This document shows positions 1 through 11,865 of a DNA stretch of 64,000 nt, piece by piece. The number at the start of each line of letters is the position of its first letter. Position 1 is the stretch's first letter. Below the pieces are notes generated by a model. That model saw only the letters and a program-made list of their open reading frames with translations, was not told the origin of the DNA and did no database searches. The stretch comes from Dicyema japonicum (lineage: Eukaryota > Animalia > Dicyemida), in the NCBI GenBank assembly GCA_011109175.1, contig RDEW01000015.1, positions 204,310-268,309 on the forward strand, read 5' to 3'. Position numbers and translations under genes: made by a program.

Positions 1-1
1 T

Positions 2-190
2 TGCATACACTGTTCATACAATTCTGCATATAAGAATAATGCCAAACGACACGTGCAAACAATTCATCCAGTGGAAGATGTTTCCACATCAACAGAACAT
101 AAGACTTTGTTTCATTGCAAGCATTGCAGGTACACTTCATCCTACAGGAATAATGCTATTAGGCATGTTAAAACTATTCACTTAAAGTGA
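2..190 (+). CDS. 3' end of a C2H2 zinc-finger protein gene (runs off the window start)
   Basis: Frame 2 reads CIHCSYNSAYKNNAKRHVQTIH...FHCKHCRYTSSYRNNAIRHVKTIHLK* (TGA 188-190): two C-x2-C-x12-H-x4-H fingers. Absent from the ORF track because it has no start codon. Confidence 0.8.
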   Translation, partial: CIHCSYNSAYKNNAKRHVQTIHPVEDVSTSTEHKTLFHCKHCRYTSSYRNNAIRHVKTIHLK

Positions 191-539
191 ATTAACTTGA
201 TGGTTACAAAATATTCTGTCGTATTACTAAGTTGTTGGGTTTTTTTGCTACTAGGAATAGTTACTGGATATGTTTGGAAACTATCATTTTTATTAGCAAC
301 GAATGACCTCGTATTTTGTAGAATAGAACTAATTGCAACAGATTTGAAAATTTTTTCACTCAAGGCCCTTAAGATATACATGACTACGGCATTACAAAAA
401 GGCACATAATTGTCTTCAGTGGAGACGTACAAGGTCAGGGCTGAACTAATGGTTGTCAAGAAGATAACCTGGTGAGAGGTGGGTTGTGCAGGTTGACATT
501 CATCAAAGACGTCATAAAATTATAGTGCTCGCATAAAAA

Positions 540-800
540 AACTGTATTTTTACGCTGAGTCATATTAGCTATAGCTCCTCTCAGGCAGGATATGCATTTT
601 TAGTACAGTTATTATAACTAATCGTAGAGAGAACAAAGGAATGCTCTTCACTTCTTTTTGTTGTATGTCCTTTATAGACAGTCCGGTTCCACAGTGATAT
701 ATTCACTGATGACGTCGTCACTCGTAAAGCCAAAACATACCTGGAACCTTCAAAATGATAGTAGCAGCGAGATTCGAACTAGGGGTATCAGACCTCATAC
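540..800 (-). mobile_element. tRNA-headed SINE, family A, degraded copy
   Basis: Co-linear with 48881-49232 (shared tatagctcc..aggcagga, actaatcgtaga, aaggaatg.tcttcactt, cagtga..ttcactgatgac..cgtcactcgt, gcagcgagattcgaac). B-box-like GTTCGAATC on the minus strand. Confidence 0.8.
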
Positions 801-809
801 TCGGAACTA

Positions 810-1540
810 GTTACAAGGTGCTCGCATAAGCGATAGTTATTTTATGATATTTGAAGCAATTATGGTGTAGTTTGCATAGGAGAGTAGTTGAGCATTTTGC
901 TTTGTTAGCAAGCCTGATTGATAAGCGTAGGGTTAATAAGAGAACCGACCTTGTGGAACGCTATTAAACAGATATCGATAACGAGAGTAGTTTGGCATGG
1001 TAGAGGAGCGTTCAAAATATCCAGAGAGGAAAGTAAGTCACCAGGTTTTCAAATGGGATTTTGGTGTCTATGATTTTTTTGGTAAGAACTTGTCTCGATG
1101 TCGTTTTGATGAGATACAATACTACTAAACTCTTTTTGACTAATAAATTGCTATGTAGGAGAAAAAAGTCGAAATGGTCGAAGGCTGATTGGTCGTGGGT
1201 TTTCCCCAAAATATTGATACGATTCTACGTAAATGGAATATTCTATGAGATTGGTTTGTGCGAGAATTCCATTCGCACCCATATTTTTGGATAGACCATC
1301 AAGTCCTCTCGCATTTGATTTTTATAGTTTGTGTTAAGTTTTTGAAACAATGGATTTGGAACACCGAATAGTTTTTCTCGAGGTTTCCGACAAGGGAGAC
1401 TCTTTGGAGTAAGATGGAGACTGACCTTTACATAATGCCCTATGAGTGTATTGATGTGGGCGATAATTCATTAATAAATTTTTGGATAAGCCATAATCAA
1501 TTAACATAAAACGTGTTTGATTTACTGTCATATCAAAGAA
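810..1540 (-). mobile_element. Degraded jockey/I-like LINE fragments
   Basis: Minus-strand remnant VPQG near 950 and endonuclease-like remnants; many stops. Confidence 0.45.
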
Positions 1541-1705
1541 CATTAAATCAATTTATAAAAAATCGAATATCTATGCTATACGATTCAGAGACGAATTCAG
1601 AATGATCGACTATTTTATTCCCCATCCAATAAAATAGTGTAATAAATTACACGCTATTCGTTGTGGTGCTAAGAAGAGAAAAAGAAAGGAAAATCAGAAA
1701 AGAGC

Positions 1706-2915
1706 ATGCAGAAAACTAATCAGGCCAAGTCTTACACTTGGCCATCTATGGATCACATTACATTCGAAGATATGCTACTTCTACTTGCGAGATCGAAAGA
1801 GCAGTGCGTGTCTTGTGGATATTGCAACGCGAGGAAGTACGGGTTGAATTGCACGTCTTGCGGGAGATTTTTCCACTTCAGGTATGTCCGAATGTCGAAA
1901 TTGGCTGCGAGATCTCTTTACAAATGAAACTGCGCATACTGTATGGATGCCGACCCTCTTGGTGCCGTCATCCGGCCGAATTCAGTCATCCCTCTTATTC
2001 TGGACAAATTGAACCCTTTTTACGCCTATCGGAGATTCGGAAAAGTTGACGGATTCCACTGAGGATACCATAGGCCGCTTGAATTCCCGCTGCTGAATGC
2101 CTCACGTCATTAATTTATAAAGCCATCAGTACCAGCGACCAGGCCTCTTGGATACGTCTACTGAGCTTTGCACCTATGACCCTAGGAATTTCTGCCTCGG
2201 AGCAAGCTCGCAACGGATCACTGGCCTCAAAAATCAAGAAGAATACTTCTGCCTTTTAGGACACTTCAACGCAGCAAGACTCAGGAATTGAGCCTGAGCA
2301 AGTACTTCGGCGTAAACAGGAAGATTCTAAAACATTTCAAGAGATAGTGAACCGAAAACTGATGGAAGGGGACGTTCGTGCTGTTGCAAGAGTAGTATCT
2401 TGCGACGAATCACTGTTGAAGTCCTGCCGAGAAGTCTTGGAGTTACTGAGAAGGAAGCACCCTGCTCCACCACCGAACCAGCGGAACTTGACAATGCTAG
2501 AAGACCTCCCGGCATTTACTCCCATGGAATTTGAAGTAGTGCGTGGAATAAAGTCTTTTGCTCCCAGTAGCTGCAAAGGTCTGGACGGACTGCGCCCAAG
2601 CCATGTAAAGGACTTAACCTCCAAAGCTACTGCTGAAGCCGGCCGTGCCTTGTTAACGTGTATCACCTTGTTGCTCACTCAAATAGTTAATGGTGATATT
2701 CCAAAATTTGCTAGAGATCTTTTTGTGGACATCTATTGGCATTCCGAAAAGGAGATGGAGGTGTCCGCCCGATTGCGATCGGTACATACTTTCGAAGGTT
2801 TGCTGCTAAAATCGCTCCCCGGACAGTCTCCCACACTGTTGCTGAAGAGCTGTTCCCGACTCAACTTGAAGTGGGAGTGACCGATGGTTGCGAGGCAGCA
2901 GTCCACGCCGTGAGA
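1706..2915 (+). mobile_element. CRE-clade-like non-LTR retrotransposon, 5' part (Cys/His finger + start of RT), frameshifted
   Basis: CVSCGYC...CTSCGRFFH..C..C finger; then KHP, GLDGLRPSHVKDL, RPIAIG..RR..AK, L.PTQLEVGV..GCEAAVH, the same motifs as 61509-63572. Confidence 0.8.
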
Positions 2916-2919
2916 AGTT

Positions 2920-3505
2920 TGACACCCCTGTTAAAGATTGTATCATTTCTGAAAATTCATTCATTTTCAAACTTTTTTCTCTCCAAATCGAGGTCGGACT
3001 GTTTACCTAACAAAGTAAAACGAGTAAATTATCTAATTAAGCTGATTTTAATCCAGATCTCTGGTAATCCCTCTCCTTCTCTTAGAAGAATATTTGTTAC
3101 AATTTCTGAAGTTGGAAATTTCCACATTAATATCATTTTCCCCTTTGATACATTCGCCTCCCTTTTTTTCCATTGTTATTCCTATTTACTGGTTTCAGCA
3201 TCTTAGTTTGGCATAGACTTGAACACTTGGAGTACTTTTCATTGAACTTTTCAAGGACAAGGTTCCAGCCCCCTCTAGCCATCCTTCCGACTTTTTGCTT
3301 CGTGGCAAGAATAATTTGAGATACCCATTCGGCTTCAGACACACAATGAGCATCCTCAATAATAGCAGAAAAAGAATGCAAGTTAGTTTTAGCAGAAATA
3401 TTCCCAACGATAGGATTTTGTTAATATTAGTTTTTGTGACATCATTCAGCCCCAAAGACGACGGTTCTACTTCTACTATCTTCTTTATTTGTTCATATGA
3501 TTAGA
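2920..3505 (-). mobile_element. Probable N-terminal fragment of another retroelement ORF, opposite orientation
   Basis: Intron-free, frameshifted minus-strand coding remnants (RMARGGWNLVLEKFNEKY) between two LINE pieces; no diagnostic motif. Confidence 0.3.
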
Positions 3506-4440
3506 AGATGGTGGGCTAGTAAATGTGAAGGCGTTGATCGAATTACAATATAATAATTTGATGGAAAAGATCAACTTAAAAAACCTTCATAAGGTCCTCT
3601 TCAGAGCATTGGACAACCCACATGTCGACCTTAAGTCGTCGACAATATGGCTAAAATACGGTGACAACTCACCTCGATCGGAGGCGTTGTACACGTATAT
3701 GCAAGACCGCAATATTTTTTGGGGTCGATCAACAAATACATGTCCCCACTGTAAGTCAAGGAGCATGCCGGTTGATCATTTAGCCACTCGATGTGGATCC
3801 ATGCTCTGCCACGACTATGTGTGGAGGCATAACGAGGTAGCAAGGAGTCTTCATCTTCTACTATGCAATAAGTATGGTATTCGCCACACCAGAAAGTTGC
3901 GGATTCATAAGGTGCAATCTGTAGTAAAGAACACCAGGATCCAAATTAAGGTAGACAGTGTTATCCGTACCTCGTTGCTAGTCAAGCACAATAAACCGGA
4001 CATTGTGGTGCACGATAAGGAGTCTGGCCAAGTCCTTATCATAGATGTTGGCATCACGTCTCAAGACCGTTTGCAGACTGTGGAGGTGGTGAAAAAAAGG
4101 AAGTATGACTTTCTTACAAACAAGATGGGGCAGATGCTTAGTTGCAAGGTCCTCGTTATTCCTATAGTAATGACGTGAGAAGGAATTGCAACAAAGTACC
4201 ACAAGGGTTATCTGAAACAGTTGGGGGTAGATAGGAAGCTCCAGGCCTATCTACAGTCCACTGTGTTAAAGCGGACCCTAGAGAGCCTGACACTTGAGTA
4301 TAGGAAGCAGAGCCCTGAGATGCCATATGGGCAGAGGGTTCAATTGACAAGGCTCTCGGAGTTGTTTCAGCAACCAGAATCGAACCTGCCTGAGGAGGCT
4401 GGCGAACAGGCAGGCGAGGAAGGTTGTTGATTAATAAATA
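3505..4440 (+). mobile_element. RLE-bearing (R2-group: R4/NeSL-like) LINE, 3' fragment
   Basis: CPHC-x8-H-x4-C zinc knuckle (VDHLATRC), RHN, KPDI...D and K..KY restriction-like endonuclease motifs; in-frame stop at 4178; ends in an AT tail. Confidence 0.88.
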
Positions 4441-4581
4441 TATTAACTTTTTTATTGTTTGTTAAATGAATTAGAAACGAACATGTACAACACCACAACT
4501 AAAACATTTTTCCTTAAAAATAATAAAAAATATTAAATTAAATAAATCATATTTTTTAAATATTAGTAATTTACAATGTGA

Positions 4582-5298
4582 ATGAAGTATTTTTTAATTA
4601 TATTTAGTCTATTTGTATTATCAATTTCTGTGTTACTCGGTTGTTCTATATTTTTTATATGGAATATTCCAAAACCACAAGAGGTTATAAAAAAGCTTTC
4701 TTTCAATCGGTAGAATTAAAGATGAATTTAGTTCTTCAACAAATTTAGTCTCCTCTTTGTTAATTCCTCCAAAAAAACTAATTCAGGGACTTTCCTACAC
4801 AATTTTAATCGAATTTTTAAGAATTCCAGTTGTTTCTTCTCAAATTGTCATTGATTTTGAAATATCTGTTACTCTATACGATTCCAATCTTACTCAAGTC
4901 TATAAAACTCAAAAATTAAAAACAATTTACTTGGAATCCCAATTTCTCCACAAATTAAATTTAATATTATTTTATCCACTTTACCTTATTGGCTTCTTCA
5001 CTGAAACTCAAAATATATTTATTACTGTTGAGGACAAATTCTATGATGACTTTGTACATAATCTTTTTATTTCAGTTAAGACCACTCTCTCATGTGTCTA
5101 TTGTTGTTGACCACGTGGAAGGAATGACTCAGGGAAATTTCAAAATAATTCCAAATATTGGTTGGTTCAGGTAATTAACGTGGTTATGTTAGGAAATTTT
5201 GTTTATCGACAATTGCAAAGTCTATTACTCTCTCTGTTTTGTCTTTATTTCTATTCAATTTAATTTGTTTGTATTACTTTATTAAACTCGTGATTTGA
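4582..5298 (+). CDS. BSCL2: Seipin-like protein (BSCL2 family), divergent, at least 4 tiny introns; 3' end may extend further
   Basis: Spliced translation MNLFVLSISVLLGCSIFFIWNIP...LSF...KLIQGLSYTILIEF...YLESQFLHKLNLILFYPLYLIGFFTETQNIFI...FYDD...GWFRKF + second TM segment. Matches the seipin layout (TM1, L..GQ.Y, Y.S.LL...P..L.G...E.Q, TM2). First intron 4587-4607 (21 nt). Confidence 0.65.
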
Positions 5299-5719
5299 TT
5301 ACTTTTATTTTAGTATTCTCGAAATCCTATTTCCTGGCCTATCAAAATGGTCGCTTTTATTAGGTTTTAACAAATAATCTCGTAAAGTCGCACAATCAAT
5401 AATCGGTGATCCAATCATTAGGTTCAATACGCGCTGCGGAAAACCTGAAATTCAAATTTATCGACCTCCTTAACTTGGAAACCTGGATTTTTGACTCAAA
5501 ATCTTTTTCATAGGGAAGATACGAAAAAAGGTTGAGAAACACTGCAATAAATTAATGAATTTGATGATATTGACCGTAAAATACGGCAACTGCTTAATAA
5601 AATTAATTGTAAAATACATTCTCTTTAGATATATGGAGGAACCCAATGTTGATGTAGAACTTCCAGTGGATTGTTATCAAAATGAAATATCCAAGAAGTA
5701 TGTATTACCTTTTGCAAGA

Positions 5720-6480
5720 CAGGAATTTATTTTTTCTATGTCGTGGACAATATGTAACCATTGCAAGAAAAACAACAAGAATGTTGATCACTTAGCCACT
5801 CAATGTGGTAGAATGTTAAATAGTGATTACGTCTGAAGACACAACCAAGTTGTAAATTGCTTACATCTCCATCAATGCAGAGTATATGGAATCAAAAAGG
5901 CTAGACAGTTAAAGAGGCATTCAGTTCAGACGATTCAATCCATACAGAATGTTTAGATAAGAGTCGATATGTCTGACTGAAACGAAAGTAAAGTTAACAA
6001 ACCAGATATCTTGGTATATAACAGGATCAAGAATATATAATTATAATAAAAGTGGAATTACACCTCATGATAGCCTAAAACATGTGGAAGTAGAAAAATG
6101 TCACAAATATGACCTCCTCGCAAGTGAGCTTTCGCTTCTCTACGATTGTCAAGTGAAGATTATCCCACTGGTTGTGGGATGGAGTTATCTAGAAAACTAT
6201 ATGGATAAATTATGTATTGAAGAATAAACGAGGACTTACATCCAATCGTTTGTGCTGAAGAGAACCCTCATTGAACATAAGCATGGGATGAAGATATACG
6301 ATGAAGAATACGCCTCTGCTACCTCTCAACTTGTGGAACTAACATGCCGTGAGGACAGCCCACTGGACTCTAGCAGAGATATTTCTACTAAAATGGAAAT
6401 GGAAAAAACAGGGAGTTTATAACACACTCTTTTTCTAAGAGAGGCAGATGTCAAACACCGGGTGATTTCACTCATCAAGA
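5720..6480 (+). mobile_element. RLE-bearing LINE 3' fragment, degraded
   Basis: CNHC...VDHLATQCGRML, RHN, NKPDI, K..KYD motifs with stops and frameshifts. Confidence 0.8.
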
Positions 6481-7772
6481 AGATGTCATAATGGACCAAT
6501 AGGAAAAAGTGAGTCACATCGATATAAACAAATGCTCTATGCAAATTGAAAAACGTTCAAACTCCTCAAGGAAAACCGATTGAATCGAGTTCCCTCACCA
6601 TCAAAAGTTAGAAGCTGTGTAGATCAAATCATAATGGATCAAAAATTGTTAATTCAACAAAAACTTGTGTATAAAAATTTACTTTATTTTGTAGCAATCA
6701 AAAAGTTTTCGCTATTACGGATGAAACAAAAATCCGGGGCCAAAGATACGTAGCTGTGATGATTGGATTGTTAAATTCTCCTGAAACAGCATATCTGATA
6801 TCGTTTAAGGCGATAGAATCTGCTCCTAACAAGAACATCATTACTCAGATAGTCGACGATGCACTTGGAAATAATTTGGTTCAAAGGAAAAATTTCCCTT
6901 TTGTTAATTTCGGATGCTGCAAATTATATGAAATTAAGTAAAATTTTATGTTTTAGCTGACAAAATACTTAAAAATCTTTACCCCAAGTTATTCCATGTC
7001 ACATGTGCCTCCATTACACAATTCTGAGAAAATAAGAGACTCTTATCCGGAAATTGAGTTGATGATAGCTACTGTACAAGCAGAAATTAACAAGAACAAT
7101 AGAAGAAAACTAATATTCAAAAACAGAAACATCGCCATTCCACCTCGTGTGCATTTGACAATATGGGGGACCTGGCTTAAGGCTGATACATACTATTCAG
7201 AAAATCTGATGGAGTTCAAAATATTTTCGAATCATTCGCGGATGATGGATATCTAGTGCGAACACCTAAAGAAAGTCTCATAAACCACGTGTTAGTTAGC
7301 AGCCTATGTGACCTTATTCAGGATTCAAACATTCCAGGTTTAATAATGTCGCTATTGCAGATATTATTACGAAATTTGAAAGTACACGCTTCACAATTGA
7401 ACAAGCATATGATGGTTTAGAATCGTTGGAATTTGGAAATGACAGCATATTTATTAAAGAATACATAAATAAATGGCCTCAAAAACTGATATTGCAAACA
7501 TAATTAAAATGACTAATTCACACATATCTCCTGCCGAGTATTAATTACTCATGAATTGTCAGCCAACTTCGTGCTCGGTTGAACGATGTTTCTGAGATAA
7601 AGAATTTTCTAAGATCCAACCGAAATTTTCTACCAGAAAATTATGTAATTTGTATTTCTAACAAAAAGTTTTAGTGTTTTTATTGTTTAGTTATAAATTT
7701 AAATTTTTGGGTTAATTTATCTAGTTTTTAGGTTAATAAAGTTAATTTTTTAGGTTAAAAAAATTCGCCCTA
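6480..7772 (+). mobile_element. hAT-like (DUF659-type) DNA transposon, pseudogenised transposase
   Basis: ITDET, SDAANYM, HVTC..HN..EKIR, PP...WGTWLKA..YY, PTSCSVERCF motifs; AT-rich subterminal region ending in CGCCCTA (7766-7772). Confidence 0.78.
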
Positions 7773-7881
7773 CTCATTAATAAAAATGAAATTGCATTTT
7801 ATGGCAAAAGCTGCCATAATGATGAGGCAAAAATTCAAAAAATATTTTAATAATTGAAACATTAATTTATTTATAAAAATA

Positions 7882-9487
7882 TTAACGAGGTCTAGATTTT
7901 GGTCCCCAGTTAGGAGATGGCTTTATTTGATAACGTAATAGGTTCTGTTTCTTTGATTTTGGTTCAACATTGTCATGAATCTCCCAATTAATATTAGAGG
8001 TTGATTCGGTAGAGAGAATCCTCTCAGCAACCTGACTGACCCCCCTTTTAATACAAGAATTATCCTTTGCCCACTCTCTCAGAATGTCCTACCACTTAAA
8101 TAATAAATACAACCCATAAAAAGGCTGGTGGAGCATTTGTTTTCAAAGAATTGGGAATAGCATGTGACTCTGATATCGAATACCCAGCATTTAATAAAGC
8201 AGACCTTAAACATAATTACCAAGACAACCTAATCTTCACAACAGGAACTACTGTCGTATTAACGGATGAACAGAGTCGAGATATTTCATAAAACAGAGGG
8301 ACGTCTGTGAGTTCCTCTGAAATGACCGACAACATTCCCTGAATCCTCCTCAGAGTCCCCAAATATTGAAGATGATCCCCAACATAGTCTTTTAACTAAA
8401 ATAGTAGTCAAATATTACTTTATCAACAAATGGGGTACAATAGAGAGGACCAGTCCAAATAGGACCACCAATCCTCATTTTACAGCCACAAAATGGACAA
8501 ATACCCTTTAACGGGATGTCCTCGGCTACTCCAGAAGGACTAATCTTTTGATTCCCTTTACTATTCGTTTGTATTTCAGCAACAGGTTGAAACCAATGAG
8601 AGGAACATCCGAAGCAATTATAAACAGTAGAAATATTCAAGCATGCTTCATTAGCCTAGGAGTAATATACCAATACAAACACGAGAAGGTGATGTATGCA
8701 CAGCTACAAACACACGGATATAAAAATCAGCATAAACTGAGAGCAAAGGAGTCACAACACGACTATATTTGGAGGCACAAGTGATGACAGACCGTAGGAA
8801 TATGCGAATGGCCATTTCGTGACAGCTTTTCGTGTTCAGTGGCATGGCGTTGTATCGACTGTAGCATGCTTCGGGTCTGTTCCCACAAAGAAGAGCCAAA
8901 TCCGTGCAAGTAAAACACAAAAGTCCCCCGTCGACGACAGACTGTACACTGAGTCAACAAAGTCCATAGAAGAGCCATAGGGATCAATATCAATGACATC
9001 ATATACTCCCTTATTTCTGAAGATCAAAGAATTGGCATCCTCACAGAAGGGTACCACAACCTGGTCAAGCTATAACATAACAATTTGTGTAGGACATTAT
9101 TTAATTGAATATTATTCTTTATTGACTCAAAGGCCCTCGGATCTATGTCATTTGTGGATATTTTGCATTTGTGTCTGATCTCAAGACCAAGTCGCATTGA
9201 GCGGAGACCAGAGGCAGACAGAGCTTATGTTCAAAATAATTCAAACCTTCTAAAATGGAGATTTGAGGACTTGGTTTAATTTTGCGAGAAGAGGATAGTT
9301 TGAATTTGTGAATTTGATCTCCGTTGGTGGTAAAATATGAATTGATAACAGCGATTGTTAGGTCTCTGTTGAATTCCTGAACATTATTGTAGAACACTCC
9401 TGAAGGTAATACGACTTTGGCTTTCCCTTCTTTTACAATTTCTTTTTTGTCCTTAAATAGTTAATTAATATATACAGATTCTAACAT
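7882..9487 (-). CDS. TRMT1: tRNA (guanine26-N2)-dimethyltransferase
   Basis: Spliced translation: EGKA, VFYNNVQEFNRDL, LEALSASGLRSMR, DVIDIDPYGS, GGLLCFTCTD, HEMAIRI, ADFYIRVFV, C..C, CPFCG...GGPIW.GPL, C-terminal NWGPKSRPR*. Multiple tiny introns; at least one 1-nt frameshift near 8945. Confidence 0.95.
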
Positions 9488-10869
9488 TACCACAACATTA
9501 ACATGTTTATTTAAATTTTAATAAATGTTAATATAAATTTATTATAACTATTTAAAGTTACTCCCCAAATGTTTTGTAGATCTAAGCTAGACAAAAAAGA
9601 GCCTCTAAAATTACGGAACGATGGACTTATGGAAAGTCCCCGTCTCCAATTCCTTTGGAATCCTTAATACATAAGAACTGAAGGACGTGCTGTTGTGAGT
9701 ACGAAGATCCAGTTATTCGGCCGATACGTGTTTGTGTGAGATCGAAAGAGGATCATCGGGCCACTCGTGAATTCAAATACTAATGGTCTTGCCATAAATA
9801 ATTTTTTTAATTCCACAATCATTCCTATTAGAACCCTAACTACAATCTTTTTAGAAATTATGGGAAAAGTTATACTTTATTTCATCAATTGTTGCCTCAA
9901 TTTACATTAACAAGGGGTTCGACAGAACATTAAGAAGTATTCTGAGTAATAAGATCTTTAGATAAAGATTTGGCTACTTTCCTCTCTGGTCATTTTGGAC
10001 GTTGAATTATCATTTCTACACAGTCATATGCTTATCTATTGAAGATCTCCAAGGCTCTGTTTTCACTCCAGCCTCATTCAACTTACATTTGTCAACTAAT
10101 TTAAATTAATATTTTCATATGCTGATGACAGGAACCTTCATGGTGGTACAATTACAAATTTAAACTAACTATATCTTCAAAAAATTAAGATTATCATATC
10201 ACAGGTGACAAAATTCGATCCACGACTAGGTTTCTATTATTTCCTTCAAAAGCCTTGTATTGACAAGCTTTTAACAATTCCGTCGTCAGGTATTGAAGGA
10301 TCAAAGTTTTCTTACCACAGGAAGTCCATGTTCACTTGGCTCACCTTAGCCACAGTCACCATATTTCCTAACAAGACTATGTGAACAATCGAACGATTGG
10401 CTTTGTGGCGTTGCCTCTACTGCCTCTTAGACGACTATAAGATGGGCCGTCGGTTTCCTTAAGTTGAAGCAACTCAAGATAAATGTATCTAATGGAGACC
10501 TATTTCTCGATACCTTAGTAAAAGAAGATCCTAATATGCTTCTCCTGGCATGTGATGATGACATTGTCTATTCACTTTCCTTGCAAGTCAGACTCTTCCT
10601 TGCTACACGACTAGATAGTGTCACCGTAGAATATTCCTAGATTTATAACTTTTTTTAATATTTTGTAAAAAACTTTTGTCCAACTTCATCTTGACCTCTT
10701 CCTCAAAATTTTGACCTCTTCCTCGCATTGACGGGATCTTCCGTTCAACACCAGAGGGTATCTTTAATGTCCGGTTTGAGTAATACTCATGGAAGCAAGC
10801 CACACTTCCATTCAGATTCGTAAAGTTTTGAATTCGCAAAATATCTATCGTCACTAATAGCCTTTAATA

Positions 10870-11545
10870 TCCTTGTCAAGAGGATTTTATACTCCCTCCC
10901 CGAATTCTCTACTGACCAGGACTTCGGCCATGTTTGAGATCTGGAACCGTACCTACCTGTTTTCCCCACCTTCCTTGAACTCTCAACCGGGTCTGGACGA
11001 TTCCGTATACCGGATGGAATTCAAAGATCTGCTTGTCTCATCTAACGAACACCGCCGTGCTTGTTTGTCGTCGGGGGCGTCTTCCGAGATCGGAGCTTGG
11101 TTCAACCTTTCTTGATGATGAATGTGTCCGATTGGGATCTCATTACGATTTCAATCCATACCAATGTGAGGACCTGTTTTACTGCACCCACTCTCCTGCA
11201 CGAAGAGTGCGGGCAGATCTCCCAGACACATGGCCTTGGACGAAGTCTTTAGAAAAGCTTTGGATGCTGCCGGTCACCCTTCTATGCTCGAACCAATAGG
11301 CCTTTGCAGATGCGACGGGAATAGATCAGATGTGATGACCATCTTGCCCTTTGCATCTGGAGCCTGCTCTGTTGGTGAGAAGGCCGAGAGGTCAAATTGA
11401 GCAAACTACGCGCAACTGCCAGAGAATTGTTTCGCTCGGGATTGATACGTACTGTTCCTTAGTCGTCTAGGGAATCACGAACAGGAGATCTCGGTGAGTT
11501 TTGAAAGAATCTCGTTCTCCAGGAATAGCCACGCGGCCTGTGTAT
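10870..11545 (+). mobile_element. CRE-like LINE, 3' (RLE) fragment, degraded
   Basis: RACL...GAW..L.DECVRL, RKALDAAGHPSMLEPIGLCRCDGNRSD..TI.PF: typical CRE-type EP.GL...D..RPD region. Confidence 0.7.
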
Positions 11546-11865
11546 GACCCTCGTTTCTTTACTATGATAAAATGATATGAATTAAAACTTATTTACATAA
11601 TAATGTATATTAAAGTGTTTTAATTACATAATTGAAACAAATCAATTAAAAATTAAATACAGGAAAAAAGTGAATTATTAAATTACAACAAAAAGCTCAA
11701 ATCTCTACAGGTTCTTTTGAATTATAAACATGGAGGATTACTAAACTGGATGCCTCTAATTCATATATAGTTTTTTGTAATCGTAAAAATCGATAAATTC
11801 CAATAATTTTAATTGAAAGACGTAAAATTATTGAAATAAAAGTAGGATTTGTGCGCTGAACAACG

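Noticed and set aside
700-735. CTGATGA (also ~49078) as a hammerhead ribozyme core
   Set aside because: No correctly placed GAAA or stems I/III; it lies antisense within the family A SINE.
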